A DNA stretch of 64,000 nt from a bacterium (GTDB taxonomy: Bacteria > Synergistota > GBS-1), in assembly GCA_030153785.1 (NCBI GenBank), contig JASKLF010000001.1:216896-280895 (forward strand), written 5' to 3'. Numbering within the stretch: the first letter of the stretch is position 1; each line of letters starts with the position of its first letter. The notes under the pieces are model-generated. The model had not been told where the DNA came from, did not search any database, and worked only from the letters and a program-made list of their open reading frames with translations. This document shows positions 36,879 to 45,607 of this stretch, in pieces. The translations under genes and the position numbers were made by a program.

Positions 36879-36912
36879 CTCCCCTCAAAATTATTAAGTA
36901 TATTTTATCACA
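36879..36912 (-). promoter_or_regulatory. candidate promoter (extended -10 TGTGATAAAAT) for the secreted-protein operon, immediately after the tatD stop
   Basis: The minus strand reads TGAATGTGATAAAATATACTTAATAATTTTGAGGGGAGGAGATCCAG-ATG. That is a TGn-extended -10, followed by a strong SD 6 nt before the start. Confidence 0.35.
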
Positions 36913-36913
36913 T

Positions 36914-37684
36914 TCACTCTAATCCGAAAAACCTATTTGCATTCTCATAAGTCAAAATAGCTACTTCTTCCCTGTCTTGCCCTTTTAGTTTAGCTATCTC
37001 GTCCAGCACATACGGAAGATAAGAAGGCTCGTTCCTTTTACCTCTATAGGGTTTAGGAGTCAGATATGGGGAATCCGTTTCTATCAGCAGTCTTTCAGGT
37101 GGAGTTAGATAGACAGCCTCCCTTAAATCGTCAGCGTTAGGAAACGTCACTATCCCGGAGAAAGATATGTAAAGGCCAAGCGATAATCCCTCATCAAGGT
37201 GTTTCGTCCCTCCCGTATAGCAGTGTAAAACTCCACCTTTTTGAGGCAAACCCACCTCCTTAATTATCCAAAAGGCTTCCTCGTAAGCATCTCTCACATG
37301 AATGACCACCGGTTTATCGATTTCCTTCGCTAACCTAAGCTGTTTTTCAAAAACCTCTCTTTGTATATCTCGAGGAGAATTATCGTAATAGTAGTCAAGA
37401 CCAATTTCCCCCAGAGCAACCACTTTGGGATGGGAAAGAAGTTTTCTAAGTTTCTCTATATCCTCTTTTTGAAAAAGCTTAGAATCATGAGGATGAAAAC
37501 CACAGGCCGCATAAACACCCTCTAAGCTTTCAGCCATCTTTATAGCCCTCTCGCTTGAAGATATATCCCAGCCTGAAACTACCATTCTATAAACCCCTAC
37601 TTTTCGAGCCCTCTCGTAAGCCTCCCTCCAATCCTCCTTAAAATGTTTCATGTTGAGATGACAATGACTATCAAAAAGTTTCAT
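36914..37684 (-). CDS. tatD: TatD family deoxyribonuclease
   Basis: It starts MKLFDSHCHLN, has the TatD metal-binding motifs, and is 256 aa. Confidence 0.9.
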   Translation of the reverse strand: MKLFDSHCHLNMKHFKEDWREAYERARKVGVYRMVVSGWDISSSERAIKMAESLEGVYAACGFHPHDSKLFQKEDIEKLRKLLSHPKVVALGEIGLDYYYDNSPRDIQREVFEKQLRLAKEIDKPVVIHVRDAYEEAFWIIKEVGLPQKGGVLHCYTGGTKHLDEGLSLGLYISFSGIVTFPNADDLREAVYLTPPERLLIETDSPYLTPKPYRGKRNEPSYLPYVLDEIAKLKGQDREEVAILTYENANRFFGLE

Positions 37685-37690
37685 TCCCCT

Positions 37691-39583
37691 CTACCTCACC
37701 TTGCTTCCAGGATCTACATCCTTTTCAGGTCTTAGTATCACTGGCTTGCCTTCACTATCTATCGCAGCAAGAAGCATGCCTTGAGACATAATACCTCTTA
37801 TCTTGGCTGGTTCAAGGTTCGCTATTACGACAATCTCCTTTCCCACAAGATCTTCAGGTGAGTAAACCTCAGCTATTCCTGCAATTATTGTTCTTCTCTC
37901 ATCTCCAATATCTATTTCGAGCTTAAGAAGCTTATCAGTTTTAGGAACCCTCTCAGCGGAAAGAACCTTGGCCACTCTTAAATCCAGCTTCCTAAATTCA
38001 TCAATGCTTACGTATTCCACCTTACCCTCCTCCTTTTTGTTATCTGGCTTTGCCTTCTCTTTCTCTATCCTTGGAAACAGTATTTCTCCAGACTTGACGC
38101 TGATACCCTTAGGGAAGTTTCCCCACTCAAGCGAAGAGAAACCGACATCTTCAGGTCTTCCTTCTAAGCCAAGCATACTCCACGCCTTGTGACAACTCTC
38201 CGGTATAAAGGGGGTTAGCATTAAAACTAAAAACCTTAACCCTTCAAGAAGGGTGTAAAGCACCCGAGAAAGCCTTTCCATTTTACCCTCTTTAGCAAGA
38301 ACCCACGGAGCAGTTTCATCAATATATTTATTTAGGCGAGACGAAAAGCCGATTATCTCTTTTAAGGCTTTGTCGAATCCAAATTCGTTCATATACTCCC
38401 TTGCTTTCTTAAAAGTTTCCTGAGCAAGACTTGCTATTTCCCTATCTATAGCCTCCTCCACGCCTGGATCGGGAACTAACCCACCAAAAAACTTCTCAAC
38501 CATCGCCAACGTTCTGTTAAGCAGGTTGCCAAAATTATCAGCAAGCTCAGCATTGACCCTGTTTATAAAAGCCTCACGAGAAAAATCCCCATCAAGGCCG
38601 AAAGGCACTTCCCTAAGCAAAAAGTAGCGGAAAGAATCAACGCCGTATTTATCCACTACCTCGTTGGGGTCTACCACATTGCCTTTAGACTTCGACATCT
38701 TTTCTCCCTCGACAGTCCACCACCCATGAGCAAAGACCATTTTCGGCGGATTAAGTCCTAAAGCCATGAGCATCGCAGGCCATATAACCGCATGAAACCT
38801 TAGAATGTCCTTACCAACGAGATGGTGAACTACAGGCCAGTATTTACTGAATTTTTCTTCATCCTGAAGATAACCTGCAACCGTGAGATAGTTTATAAGG
38901 GCGTCAAACCACACATATATCACGTGAGAAGGATCGGCAGGAAAAGGTATTCCCCACTTGACGGTGGTCCTTGTAACGCTAATGTCTTTTAAACCCATCT
39001 TTATAAAGCTATAAACCTCGTTAAAGCGAGATTCTGGTCTAACACAATCAGGATTTTTCTCCATGTGCTCAAGAAGCCTATCCTGATATTTAGACAGCCT
39101 AAAGAAATAGGTTTCCTCACTTACCCTCTCTACTCCTCTTCCACAATCGGGGCATCTCATTCCATCAAGAAGCTGAGACTCACTCCAGAAGGTTTCACAA
39201 AAAACACAATACCAACCCTCATATATCCCCTTGTAGATATCGCCCGTTTCTATTATGCGCTTGAAAACTTCTTGAACTACCTTTTCATGCCTCTCTTCCG
39301 TTGTCCTTATAAAGTCATCATAAGATATATTTAATTTAACCCATAGATTCTTAAAGTTTTCCACCACTCTATCGGCAAGCTCTTTGGGATGCAATCCCTG
39401 GCTTTCGGCAGCTCTATGTATTTTCTGCCCATGCTCGTCGGTTCCCGTGCAGAAAAGGACATCATAACCCTCCATCCTTTTCCAGCGCGCCATAACATCA
39501 GCGGCAATGGTAGTATAGGCATGACCTATATGAGGAACATCATTAACATAATAAATTGGAGTTGTTATATAAAACCTCTTCAA
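37691..39583 (-). CDS. metG: methionine--tRNA ligase (with C-terminal tRNA-binding domain)
   Basis: The HIGH motif (PHIGHAYT), the KMSKS motif, a Zn knuckle (CPDCGRG) and a C-terminal EMAP-like domain are all present. It is 630 aa. Confidence 0.95.
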   Translation of the reverse strand: MKRFYITTPIYYVNDVPHIGHAYTTIAADVMARWKRMEGYDVLFCTGTDEHGQKIHRAAESQGLHPKELADRVVENFKNLWVKLNISYDDFIRTTEERHEKVVQEVFKRIIETGDIYKGIYEGWYCVFCETFWSESQLLDGMRCPDCGRGVERVSEETYFFRLSKYQDRLLEHMEKNPDCVRPESRFNEVYSFIKMGLKDISVTRTTVKWGIPFPADPSHVIYVWFDALINYLTVAGYLQDEEKFSKYWPVVHHLVGKDILRFHAVIWPAMLMALGLNPPKMVFAHGWWTVEGEKMSKSKGNVVDPNEVVDKYGVDSFRYFLLREVPFGLDGDFSREAFINRVNAELADNFGNLLNRTLAMVEKFFGGLVPDPGVEEAIDREIASLAQETFKKAREYMNEFGFDKALKEIIGFSSRLNKYIDETAPWVLAKEGKMERLSRVLYTLLEGLRFLVLMLTPFIPESCHKAWSMLGLEGRPEDVGFSSLEWGNFPKGISVKSGEILFPRIEKEKAKPDNKKEEGKVEYVSIDEFRKLDLRVAKVLSAERVPKTDKLLKLEIDIGDERRTIIAGIAEVYSPEDLVGKEIVVIANLEPAKIRGIMSQGMLLAAIDSEGKPVILRPEKDVDPGSKVR

Positions 39584-40413
39584 GATTTATCCCCTCCTTT
39601 CAAATCCAAAACAAGCTTGTATAGGCTTTTTTTGGAAAGTTTAAGTTCCTCACGGAGCTTTTTCACAATATCTCGGGGAGATAAACCTTCCTCAAGGAGA
39701 GAGCGTATCTTTTCCTCAACGTTTTTTCCCTCTTCGCCCTCTTCAACCTCCTCTTTTCCCGCTACTACTATCACAATCTCCCCCTTTACCTCCTCAGTCT
39801 TCTTCAGGATTTCAGATACTCTACCCCTTATAGTTTCCTCGTGTATCTTGCTTATCTCTCGAACCAAGGAGGCCTTTCTATCTCCTAATACTTCAAGTAT
39901 ATCACACAAGCTCTCATATACCCTGTGAGGAGATTCATAAAATACCAAGGTGAAGGGAAGTTCCTTCAGAAAATCAAGAACCTTTCTTCTTTTACTCCGC
40001 TGAGAAGGAAGAAAACCAAAAAACAAGAAAGGATGGGGGGTTAATCCTGAAAGAAGCAAGGCAGGAACAAAAGCAGTAGGTCCTGGAAGCACTTCCACTT
40101 TAAATCCTTCTTCTATACAAAGTTTTATAGCCTCAGCACCGGTATCAGATATGCCCGGCGTTCCAGCATCACTTACTATGGAAACACTTTTACCTTCTGA
40201 AAGAAACTTCCTAAGAAGAGGAATTCTCTTTTTCCAGTTAACCTTGTTATAGCTATAAAGCCTCTTTCCCTTTATATCGTATTTATCAAGCAATATCTTG
40301 GTTCTTCTCGTGTCCTCAGCAAATATAAAATCACATTCTTTAAGAATCCTTAGAACTCTTAAAGTTACATCCTCAAGATTACCTATCGGGGTAGGGCATA
40401 TATAGAGGGGCAA
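39580..40413 (-). CDS. rsmI: 16S rRNA (cytidine1402-2'-O)-methyltransferase
   Basis: It has the RsmI N-terminus (LYICPTPIGNLEDVTLRVLRIL...FAEDTRRT). Confidence 0.9.
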   Translation of the reverse strand: MPLYICPTPIGNLEDVTLRVLRILKECDFIFAEDTRRTKILLDKYDIKGKRLYSYNKVNWKKRIPLLRKFLSEGKSVSIVSDAGTPGISDTGAEAIKLCIEEGFKVEVLPGPTAFVPALLLSGLTPHPFLFFGFLPSQRSKRRKVLDFLKELPFTLVFYESPHRVYESLCDILEVLGDRKASLVREISKIHEETIRGRVSEILKKTEEVKGEIVIVVAGKEEVEEGEEGKNVEEKIRSLLEEGLSPRDIVKKLREELKLSKKSLYKLVLDLKGGDKS

Positions 40414-41142
40414 TTATATCGCCCCCATATAAGCCCTTTTCAGCTCTTCCGTATAGCTTCCATCATCATTATAAAGCACGAAAGGAGAAGCAACTCTTAA
40501 GGAAGGAGAACCATCTCTAACACCCTTAACCAATACAAACTCCGCATCCTCGTTCAGCTTGGAGTGAACAAACCTAATCTCCTTAGGCTCTATCTTATAC
40601 CTTCTCATATGAAACAAGAGCTCTACAAGCCTGAAAGGTCTATATATTAGGTAAAGTCTCCCCCCCGTAGACAGAAGATACTTTGAAGCCTTTAAGAAAT
40701 CCTCAAGCGTACAGGCTTTTTCAGCATAGGCTATTAATTTCATTCTATCCGATGGTAGTCTTCCCCCATCCAGCGGTATATAAGGAGGATTCCCCAGGAC
40801 TACGGAAAAGGAGGCGGGAGGAAAAATCTCTTCTATCTTCCTCAAATCTCCCTGGAGTATCTCTATCCTATCGGAGAAGCCATTTACCTCAGCATTCTTC
40901 CTAGCGATCTCCACAAGCTCGGGTTGTATCTCAACACCAAAAAGTTTTATATTCGGAACTTTCAAGGCAATCAAAAGAAGAATTATACCTGTTCCTGTTC
41001 CCAGCTCTACAACCCTATCTTTAGGACGCAAAGTCAAAAAGTCGGAAAGGAGCAACGTCTCAACCCCAAATCTTGGTCCTTCTAAAGGCTGATAAAGTCT
41101 AAGCTTTCCCCTCAGTATATCGTCAAAAGAGCAACCCCTCAT
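40414..41142 (-). CDS. N6-adenine-specific methyltransferase (tRNA1(Val) A37 methyltransferase TrmN6/YfiC-like)
   Basis: It has an AdoMet-binding motif (VVELGTGTGIIL) and the NPPY motif (LGNPPYIPL). It is syntenic with rsmI-metG, as yabB is in Firmicutes. Confidence 0.7.
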   Translation of the reverse strand: MRGCSFDDILRGKLRLYQPLEGPRFGVETLLLSDFLTLRPKDRVVELGTGTGIILLLIALKVPNIKLFGVEIQPELVEIARKNAEVNGFSDRIEILQGDLRKIEEIFPPASFSVVLGNPPYIPLDGGRLPSDRMKLIAYAEKACTLEDFLKASKYLLSTGGRLYLIYRPFRLVELLFHMRRYKIEPKEIRFVHSKLNEDAEFVLVKGVRDGSPSLRVASPFVLYNDDGSYTEELKRAYMGAI

Positions 41143-41693
41143 TTTTTAGACTTAGCCCCTCTTATTTCCTCCCTAAGAAACTCTAACAAGTCTTTCAGTA
41201 CCTTATCCTTCCTCTCCATCAAAATCATTGAAAGCTTTTCCCTTAAACGAGCCTCCAAACCTGAAGGATCAGAACCATACTTATTGATAGCTATATCTAA
41301 AAGACGGACAATTTTATAAAACCCGGAAAGGCTAATCTCTTTAAGGATTAACCTCTTTACTATTTCCGTAGAACCCTCCAGCGAAAAGTTCAGCGAAAGT
41401 AAATTTCCTAAACCCTCAATGAAGCCCCTTACCTCTCTTCCAGATAGCCTCCAGAGAAGGGAGCTTTTGACTATCTCCTTCAAGGATTCAATTAAGGGAG
41501 TTTCTTCCAGATTCCTCTTCATCAACTTGTTTAATAGTGCCTTAAGTCCATTATCAACTCCCTCATAGAAGTCCCTTTTAGCCTTCGCAGAAAAAGTAGA
41601 AGTCTCAAGTATTTTCTTTGTATAGGTTAAAACATCATCATAAACCCTGCTTCCCTCCAAGGAATACGCGCTTGAAGAAAGAAAGGGAAACAA
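41139..41693 (-). CDS. hypothetical protein
   Basis: 184 aa Lys/Leu-rich ORF with no recognisable family. The start is uncertain because it overlaps the upstream PAP2 gene. Confidence 0.4.
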   Translation of the reverse strand: MFPFLSSSAYSLEGSRVYDDVLTYTKKILETSTFSAKAKRDFYEGVDNGLKALLNKLMKRNLEETPLIESLKEIVKSSLLWRLSGREVRGFIEGLGNLLSLNFSLEGSTEIVKRLILKEISLSGFYKIVRLLDIAINKYGSDPSGLEARLREKLSMILMERKDKVLKDLLEFLREEIRGAKSKK

Positions 41694-42378
41694 GAGGACT
41701 AAAAGAAGAAGCTTTTTCAGCCATCTTCACCTCCCTTGAGTAGGATATAAGCAAGATATACCCTAAGGCAACAGAGAAAGCCACATCTGAAAAGAAATGA
41801 TTATGGGTCTCTAATCTATTGTAAGCCACGATAGCGATGATTATCAGGGAAAGTAGCTTCATCCAGCCACCCAATCTCATCCCAATCCAGCCAAACAAGG
41901 AGGTTGCAAAAAACATATGTCCCGAAGGGAAGCTTTGAAAACCGTTTTTAAATATCGAATCGGGAAAGTTGAAAAATGAAAACTCACCAAGCCCCATATA
42001 AGGGCGCGCCCTACCAAACCCCATTTTAAAAAGGTTACCTAAAACCAAAATCAAGACCACGATACAGATAAGCTCAAGCAAAAAATCCCTAAGATAATCC
42101 AACTTCAAAGCCACAGAAAGACAAAAGAGAAATAACACTATCGGCATTACGATATCTGCATCTCCCATAGTGTTTCCCAATTTAGAAACGTAAGACCAAA
42201 AACCCTTAGCACGTGCAACGGAAACAAATAGATCCAAAGGAATAAGCGAAAAAGACAGTAAAAGCAACATCCATAAACGGCTATCCGTTAAAGAGTGGAA
42301 GAAAAGGCTTATTTTGTTTTCTCTCCAGCCATTATACAAAGCACAAGCCAAAAGGATAAAAAACAAAAGCTTATACAT
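41638..42378 (-). CDS. PAP2 superfamily membrane phosphatase
   Basis: It has the KX6RP (KMGFGRARPY), PSGH and SRX5HX3D-like (NRLETHNHFFSDV) motifs, in a multi-TM protein. Confidence 0.7.
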   Translation of the reverse strand: MYKLLFFILLACALYNGWRENKISLFFHSLTDSRLWMLLLLSFSLIPLDLFVSVARAKGFWSYVSKLGNTMGDADIVMPIVLFLFCLSVALKLDYLRDFLLELICIVVLILVLGNLFKMGFGRARPYMGLGEFSFFNFPDSIFKNGFQSFPSGHMFFATSLFGWIGMRLGGWMKLLSLIIIAIVAYNRLETHNHFFSDVAFSVALGYILLISYSREVKMAEKASSFSPLVSLSFFKRVFLGGKQGL

Positions 42379-42388
42379 AATTAAATAA

Positions 42389-42407
42389 GGGGAGCCTTGG
42401 GCTCCCC
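42389..42407 (-). terminator. hairpin terminator downstream of hup
   Basis: GGGGAGCC-ttg-GGCTCCCC forms an 8-bp GC stem located 22 nt after the HU stop. Confidence 0.45.
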
Positions 42408-42428
42408 AAATGCCTTATAAAAGCCATC

Positions 42429-42707
42429 TTACTTGCCCATAACCTTCGTCTTAAGCTCTTTGCCCACTCTGAAAACAGGAACTTTGCGAGGCGGAATCTT
42501 AATTTCCTCGCCAGTTCTTGGATTTCTACCTACCCTTTCAGCTCTTTCCTTAACCTCGAAAATTCCAAAACCTGCGATTTGAACCTTTTCTCCTTTAGAC
42601 AAGGCATCCATTATCGTTTCAAAAAGGGTATTAACAAGCAAAGCCGTATCCTTCTTGGTCATCCCTGTCTTTTCCGCTACTTCCCTTACCAGTTCTGCTT
42701 TCGTCAA
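42429..42707 (-). CDS. hup: DNA-binding protein HU
   Basis: It reads MTKAELVREVAEKTGMTKKDTALLVNTLFETI...GRNPRTGEEIKIPPRKVPVFRVGKELK. The probable TTG start is at 42707, with GGGAGGTGAGGG upstream. Confidence 0.9.
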   Translation of the reverse strand: MTKAELVREVAEKTGMTKKDTALLVNTLFETIMDALSKGEKVQIAGFGIFEVKERAERVGRNPRTGEEIKIPPRKVPVFRVGKELKTKVMGK

Positions 42708-42734
42708 AACCCTCACCTCCCAAGTTTTTTACAT

Positions 42735-42763
42735 ATTATAAGCAAAGACTCTTAGAATATCAA
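42735..42763 (-). promoter_or_regulatory. sigma70-type promoter for hup: TTGATA-17 nt-TATAAT
   Basis: On the minus strand, the -35 TTGATA (42763..42758) and -10 TATAAT (42740..42735) are consensus hexamers with ideal spacing. They sit about 30 nt upstream of the HU start. Confidence 0.5.
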
Positions 42764-42848
42764 TAGGTTTCTCGAGAACCTTTAAAAAAATTGATAAAAA
42801 ACAACCTACTCATATCGAAGATAACGAAGCGATATGATAAAATTGTTA

Positions 42849-42857
42849 AGGAAACAA
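42849..42857 (+). promoter_or_regulatory. candidate extended -10 (TGATAAAAT) promoter for the encapsulin operon
   Basis: TGnTAAAAT lies about 37 nt upstream of the EncFtn ATG. The RBS AAAGGGAGGTG precedes the start. Confidence 0.35.
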
Positions 42858-42893
42858 GACGGAACTAAGTTTATTTAAAAGGGAGGTGTAATC

Positions 42894-43250
42894 ATGGCAG
42901 AACAATATCACGAGCCCGTAGATGAGCTCACGTCAAAGGATAGGGACTTTACAAGAGCACTTGTAAGTTTGAAAGAGGAAATCGAAGCAATAATGTGGTA
43001 TCAACAGAGAGCTTCCGCCACAAAAGACCAAGCCATAAGGGAGGTTCTTGAGCACAACAGAGATGAGGAAATGGAACACGCAGCCATGCTTCTTGAATGG
43101 CTTAGAAGGAATATGCCCGGTTGGGATAAAGCATTGAGAACCTACCTCTTCACCAGTGAACCGCTAACCCAGATAGAGGAAGAAGCTATGGGCGGAGAAG
43201 AATCCTCAAGCGGGGGAGATCTTGGCTTGAGAAAGATAAAAAGGGGGTGA
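42894..43250 (+). CDS. encapsulated ferritin-like protein (EncFtn/Flp) cargo with C-terminal encapsulin targeting peptide
   Basis: It has the ferritin-like four-helix motif (EEIEAIMWYQQRA...EHNRDEEMEHAAMLLEWLRR) and a C-terminal GGDLGLRKIKRG targeting peptide. It lies directly upstream of the shell gene. Confidence 0.85.
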   Translation: MAEQYHEPVDELTSKDRDFTRALVSLKEEIEAIMWYQQRASATKDQAIREVLEHNRDEEMEHAAMLLEWLRRNMPGWDKALRTYLFTSEPLTQIEEEAMGGEESSSGGDLGLRKIKRG

Positions 43251-43256
43251 AAGTTA

Positions 43257-44054
43257 ATGGATTTCCTAAGAAGGAACATATCTCCTCTTACCGCTAAACA
43301 GTGGGAAGAAATAGATAAAAGAGCCAAGGAAGTATTCTCAACGCAATTACATGGAAGAGCAGTGGTAGATGTTGTTGGACCTTTCGGTTGGGAATATGCT
43401 GCCCATCCCACAGGAGAGATAGAGCTACTTTCAAAGGAAGATGACGCTGTAAAATTCGGATTGAGAAAGGCTTTGCCTTTGGTAGAGCTAAAAAGCTACT
43501 TTTATCTTGACCTTAATGAGCTCGACAAGCTGGAGAGAGGACAGCCTGCTATAGACCTTTCGGCATTAGAGGAAGCAGTAAGAAACGTGGCAGTTTTTGA
43601 AGATGGAGCGATATTCGAAGGCTGTGAGCAATCTGGAATAAAAGGCTTCTTAGCTTACAAAGAAGAAAGAAGCATCCCTTCCTCCACCACAGAGGAAGAA
43701 TTCTTGGAAAGTCTCTACAAAGCGATGGCCAACTTTAGCCTCAACGGCATTAGCGGTCCCTATACCCTTGTTATAAACATAGACAAGTGGGTAGAAATTG
43801 TAAAGGCAAGTAAGCACTATCCTATACATAAGAAGGTAGAAGATATATTGAAAGGCGGTAAAGTCCTACTTACACCACGCATAAGCGACGGCCTTTTGGT
43901 TTCCGAAAGGGGCGGAGATTTCGAACTTATATTAGGTCAAGACCTATCTATAGGCTACGAAGCTACCGAAGGCTCAAAGGTAAAGCTGTTCATCACTGAA
44001 ACCTTCACCTTCCGAATAATTACCCCTGAAGCTCTTATCCACCTGAAGTTTTAA
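43257..44054 (+). CDS. family 1 encapsulin nanocompartment shell protein (HK97 fold)
   Basis: 265 aa. It reads [27 protein letters not shown]...[14 protein letters not shown]...[18 protein letters not shown]...ITETFTFRI...EALIHLKF. This closely resembles the T. maritima encapsulin. Confidence 0.9.
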   Translation: MDFLRRNISPLTAKQWEEIDKRAKEVFSTQLHGRAVVDVVGPFGWEYAAHPTGEIELLSKEDDAVKFGLRKALPLVELKSYFYLDLNELDKLERGQPAIDLSALEEAVRNVAVFEDGAIFEGCEQSGIKGFLAYKEERSIPSSTTEEEFLESLYKAMANFSLNGISGPYTLVINIDKWVEIVKASKHYPIHKKVEDILKGGKVLLTPRISDGLLVSERGGDFELILGQDLSIGYEATEGSKVKLFITETFTFRIITPEALIHLKF

Positions 44055-44064
44055 CTTTTCAAAA

Positions 44065-44094
44065 AAGGGGTAAGCTTCCAAAAGCTTACCCCTT
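44065..44094 (+). terminator. perfect 13-bp inverted repeat hairpin after encapsulin (weak U-tract)
   Basis: AAGGGGTAAGCTT-ccaa-AAGCTTACCCCTT. Confidence 0.45.
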
Positions 44095-44116
44095 AAACTT
44101 ATAAGGTGAAAAAAAC

Positions 44117-45601
44117 ATGGGACTCAACGAACTTAAAGAAGAGTTATATAAAATAGCAAGGGTTAAAAGCGCCATATCCTTACTGCAATGGGATTTATCA
44201 ACCTATATGCCCCCAAGAGGAATATCCTGGAGAGCTGAGGTATTGGGAGAGCTAACTGAATACGCCTTCTCGCTATTTACAAGCGAAAAAATGGGAGAGC
44301 TCATCGAGAAGGCTCAGGAAATAGCTGAAACCGAGGAAGACCTGGCGCTGATACGGTTGACGAAAAAGGAGTATGAGAAATACAAAAAAATTCCCAAAAA
44401 GCTGTTTATAGAATTCCAAAAAGAAAGAGCGAGAACGGAGAAGCTCTGGGAGGAAGCAAGAAAGCAAGACGATTTCCTTATCATCCAAGAAGGTTTAAGC
44501 AATATAGTTAAGATGCTAATAGAAATAGCCGATTGTATAGGTTATGAGAAAAACCGCTACGATGCTTTACTCGACGAATATGAACCAGGGTTTAAAACAG
44601 AAAAGCTAAAGGAACTCTGCTCCCCTATGAGGGTGGAACTATCTTCCCTTTTAGAGAAGATAGAACCCTCTCACTCCAGAATCAAAGCTCTGCCAGAGAT
44701 ATGTAAAGGACCTTTCCCCATAAATAAACAAAAAGAGTTATGCCATAAAGTGCTAACGCTCTTAGGTTTTGACTTCTCCTCGGGGAGGCTCGATGAATCA
44801 GCACATCCCTTCACGGAAGCTATAGGTATTAACGATGTCAGAATAACCACACGCTACAGCGAAAGGGACTTCTCTCAAGCACTATTTGCAGTTTTACACG
44901 AATGCGGGCACGCCCTTTACGATCTAAACATCCCAAAAGAGTTTTTCGGTCTTCCTATAGGAGAGGGAGCATCCTCCGGCTTTCACGAAAGTCAGGCAAG
45001 ATTTTGGGAAAACTTCATAGGCAGAAGTTTAGGATTTCTCGCGTTTCTAAAGCCCACGCTTGATGAGTTATTCCCATCATTGAAAGAAGTGAAGCCCGAA
45101 GAGTTGTGGCAAAGCCTAAATAAGGTTCAAAGGTCCCTAATAAGGGTCAACTCTGATGAGGTGACCTATAACCTTCACATAATACTTAGATTTGAACTTG
45201 AGGAAGCGCTAATAAACGAAAACCTCCGTGTTTCTGACCTTCCTTGCGCATGGAACGAAAAGGTGGAAGACTACCTTGGGCTGAAACCGAAAAACGTGAA
45301 AGAAGGGGTTTTACAGGATATACATTGGGCAGCAGGGCTATTCGGTTATTTCCCCTCTTATATGTTAGGAAACATATATGCCGGCCAGATATTCTGGAAA
45401 GTTAAGGAAAGTATCCCAGATATGAAAGAAGCAATTTTAAAAGGCAAATTTAACATAATCTCCGACTGGCTTAAAGAGAATATTTACTCCTTTGGAAAAA
45501 TTTATGAACCTTTAGAGCTCATAAGAAAGGTCTCGGGAGAAGAGCTCTCCTATAAGTATCTTTTGGATTATTTAAGGGAAAAATTCTTTTCAATGGGGTG
45601 A
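44117..45601 (+). CDS. M32 family thermostable carboxypeptidase (carboxypeptidase Taq-like)
   Basis: It has an HEXXH motif (HECGHALYD) and an HPF motif (DESAHPFTEAIG). It is 494 aa. Confidence 0.9.
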   Translation: MGLNELKEELYKIARVKSAISLLQWDLSTYMPPRGISWRAEVLGELTEYAFSLFTSEKMGELIEKAQEIAETEEDLALIRLTKKEYEKYKKIPKKLFIEFQKERARTEKLWEEARKQDDFLIIQEGLSNIVKMLIEIADCIGYEKNRYDALLDEYEPGFKTEKLKELCSPMRVELSSLLEKIEPSHSRIKALPEICKGPFPINKQKELCHKVLTLLGFDFSSGRLDESAHPFTEAIGINDVRITTRYSERDFSQALFAVLHECGHALYDLNIPKEFFGLPIGEGASSGFHESQARFWENFIGRSLGFLAFLKPTLDELFPSLKEVKPEELWQSLNKVQRSLIRVNSDEVTYNLHIILRFELEEALINENLRVSDLPCAWNEKVEDYLGLKPKNVKEGVLQDIHWAAGLFGYFPSYMLGNIYAGQIFWKVKESIPDMKEAILKGKFNIISDWLKENIYSFGKIYEPLELIRKVSGEELSYKYLLDYLREKFFSMG

Positions 45602-45607
45602 AGGAAA

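Noticed and set aside
32167-36912. tRNA-Pro-adjacent secreted-protein operon as a horizontally acquired genomic island
   Set aside because: There is no integrase, no recognisable repeat of the tRNA 3' end, and no obvious compositional break. The operon runs co-directionally with the upstream core genes tatD-metG. Island status cannot be supported from sequence alone.
42728-42758. Plus-strand TTTACA-19-TAGAAT as the encapsulin promoter
   Set aside because: The same AT-rich segment contains a far better consensus promoter on the minus strand (TTGATA-17-TATAAT) correctly placed for hup. The 19-nt spacing and 135-nt leader make the plus-strand reading weaker. An extended -10 at 42849 is the preferred candidate.
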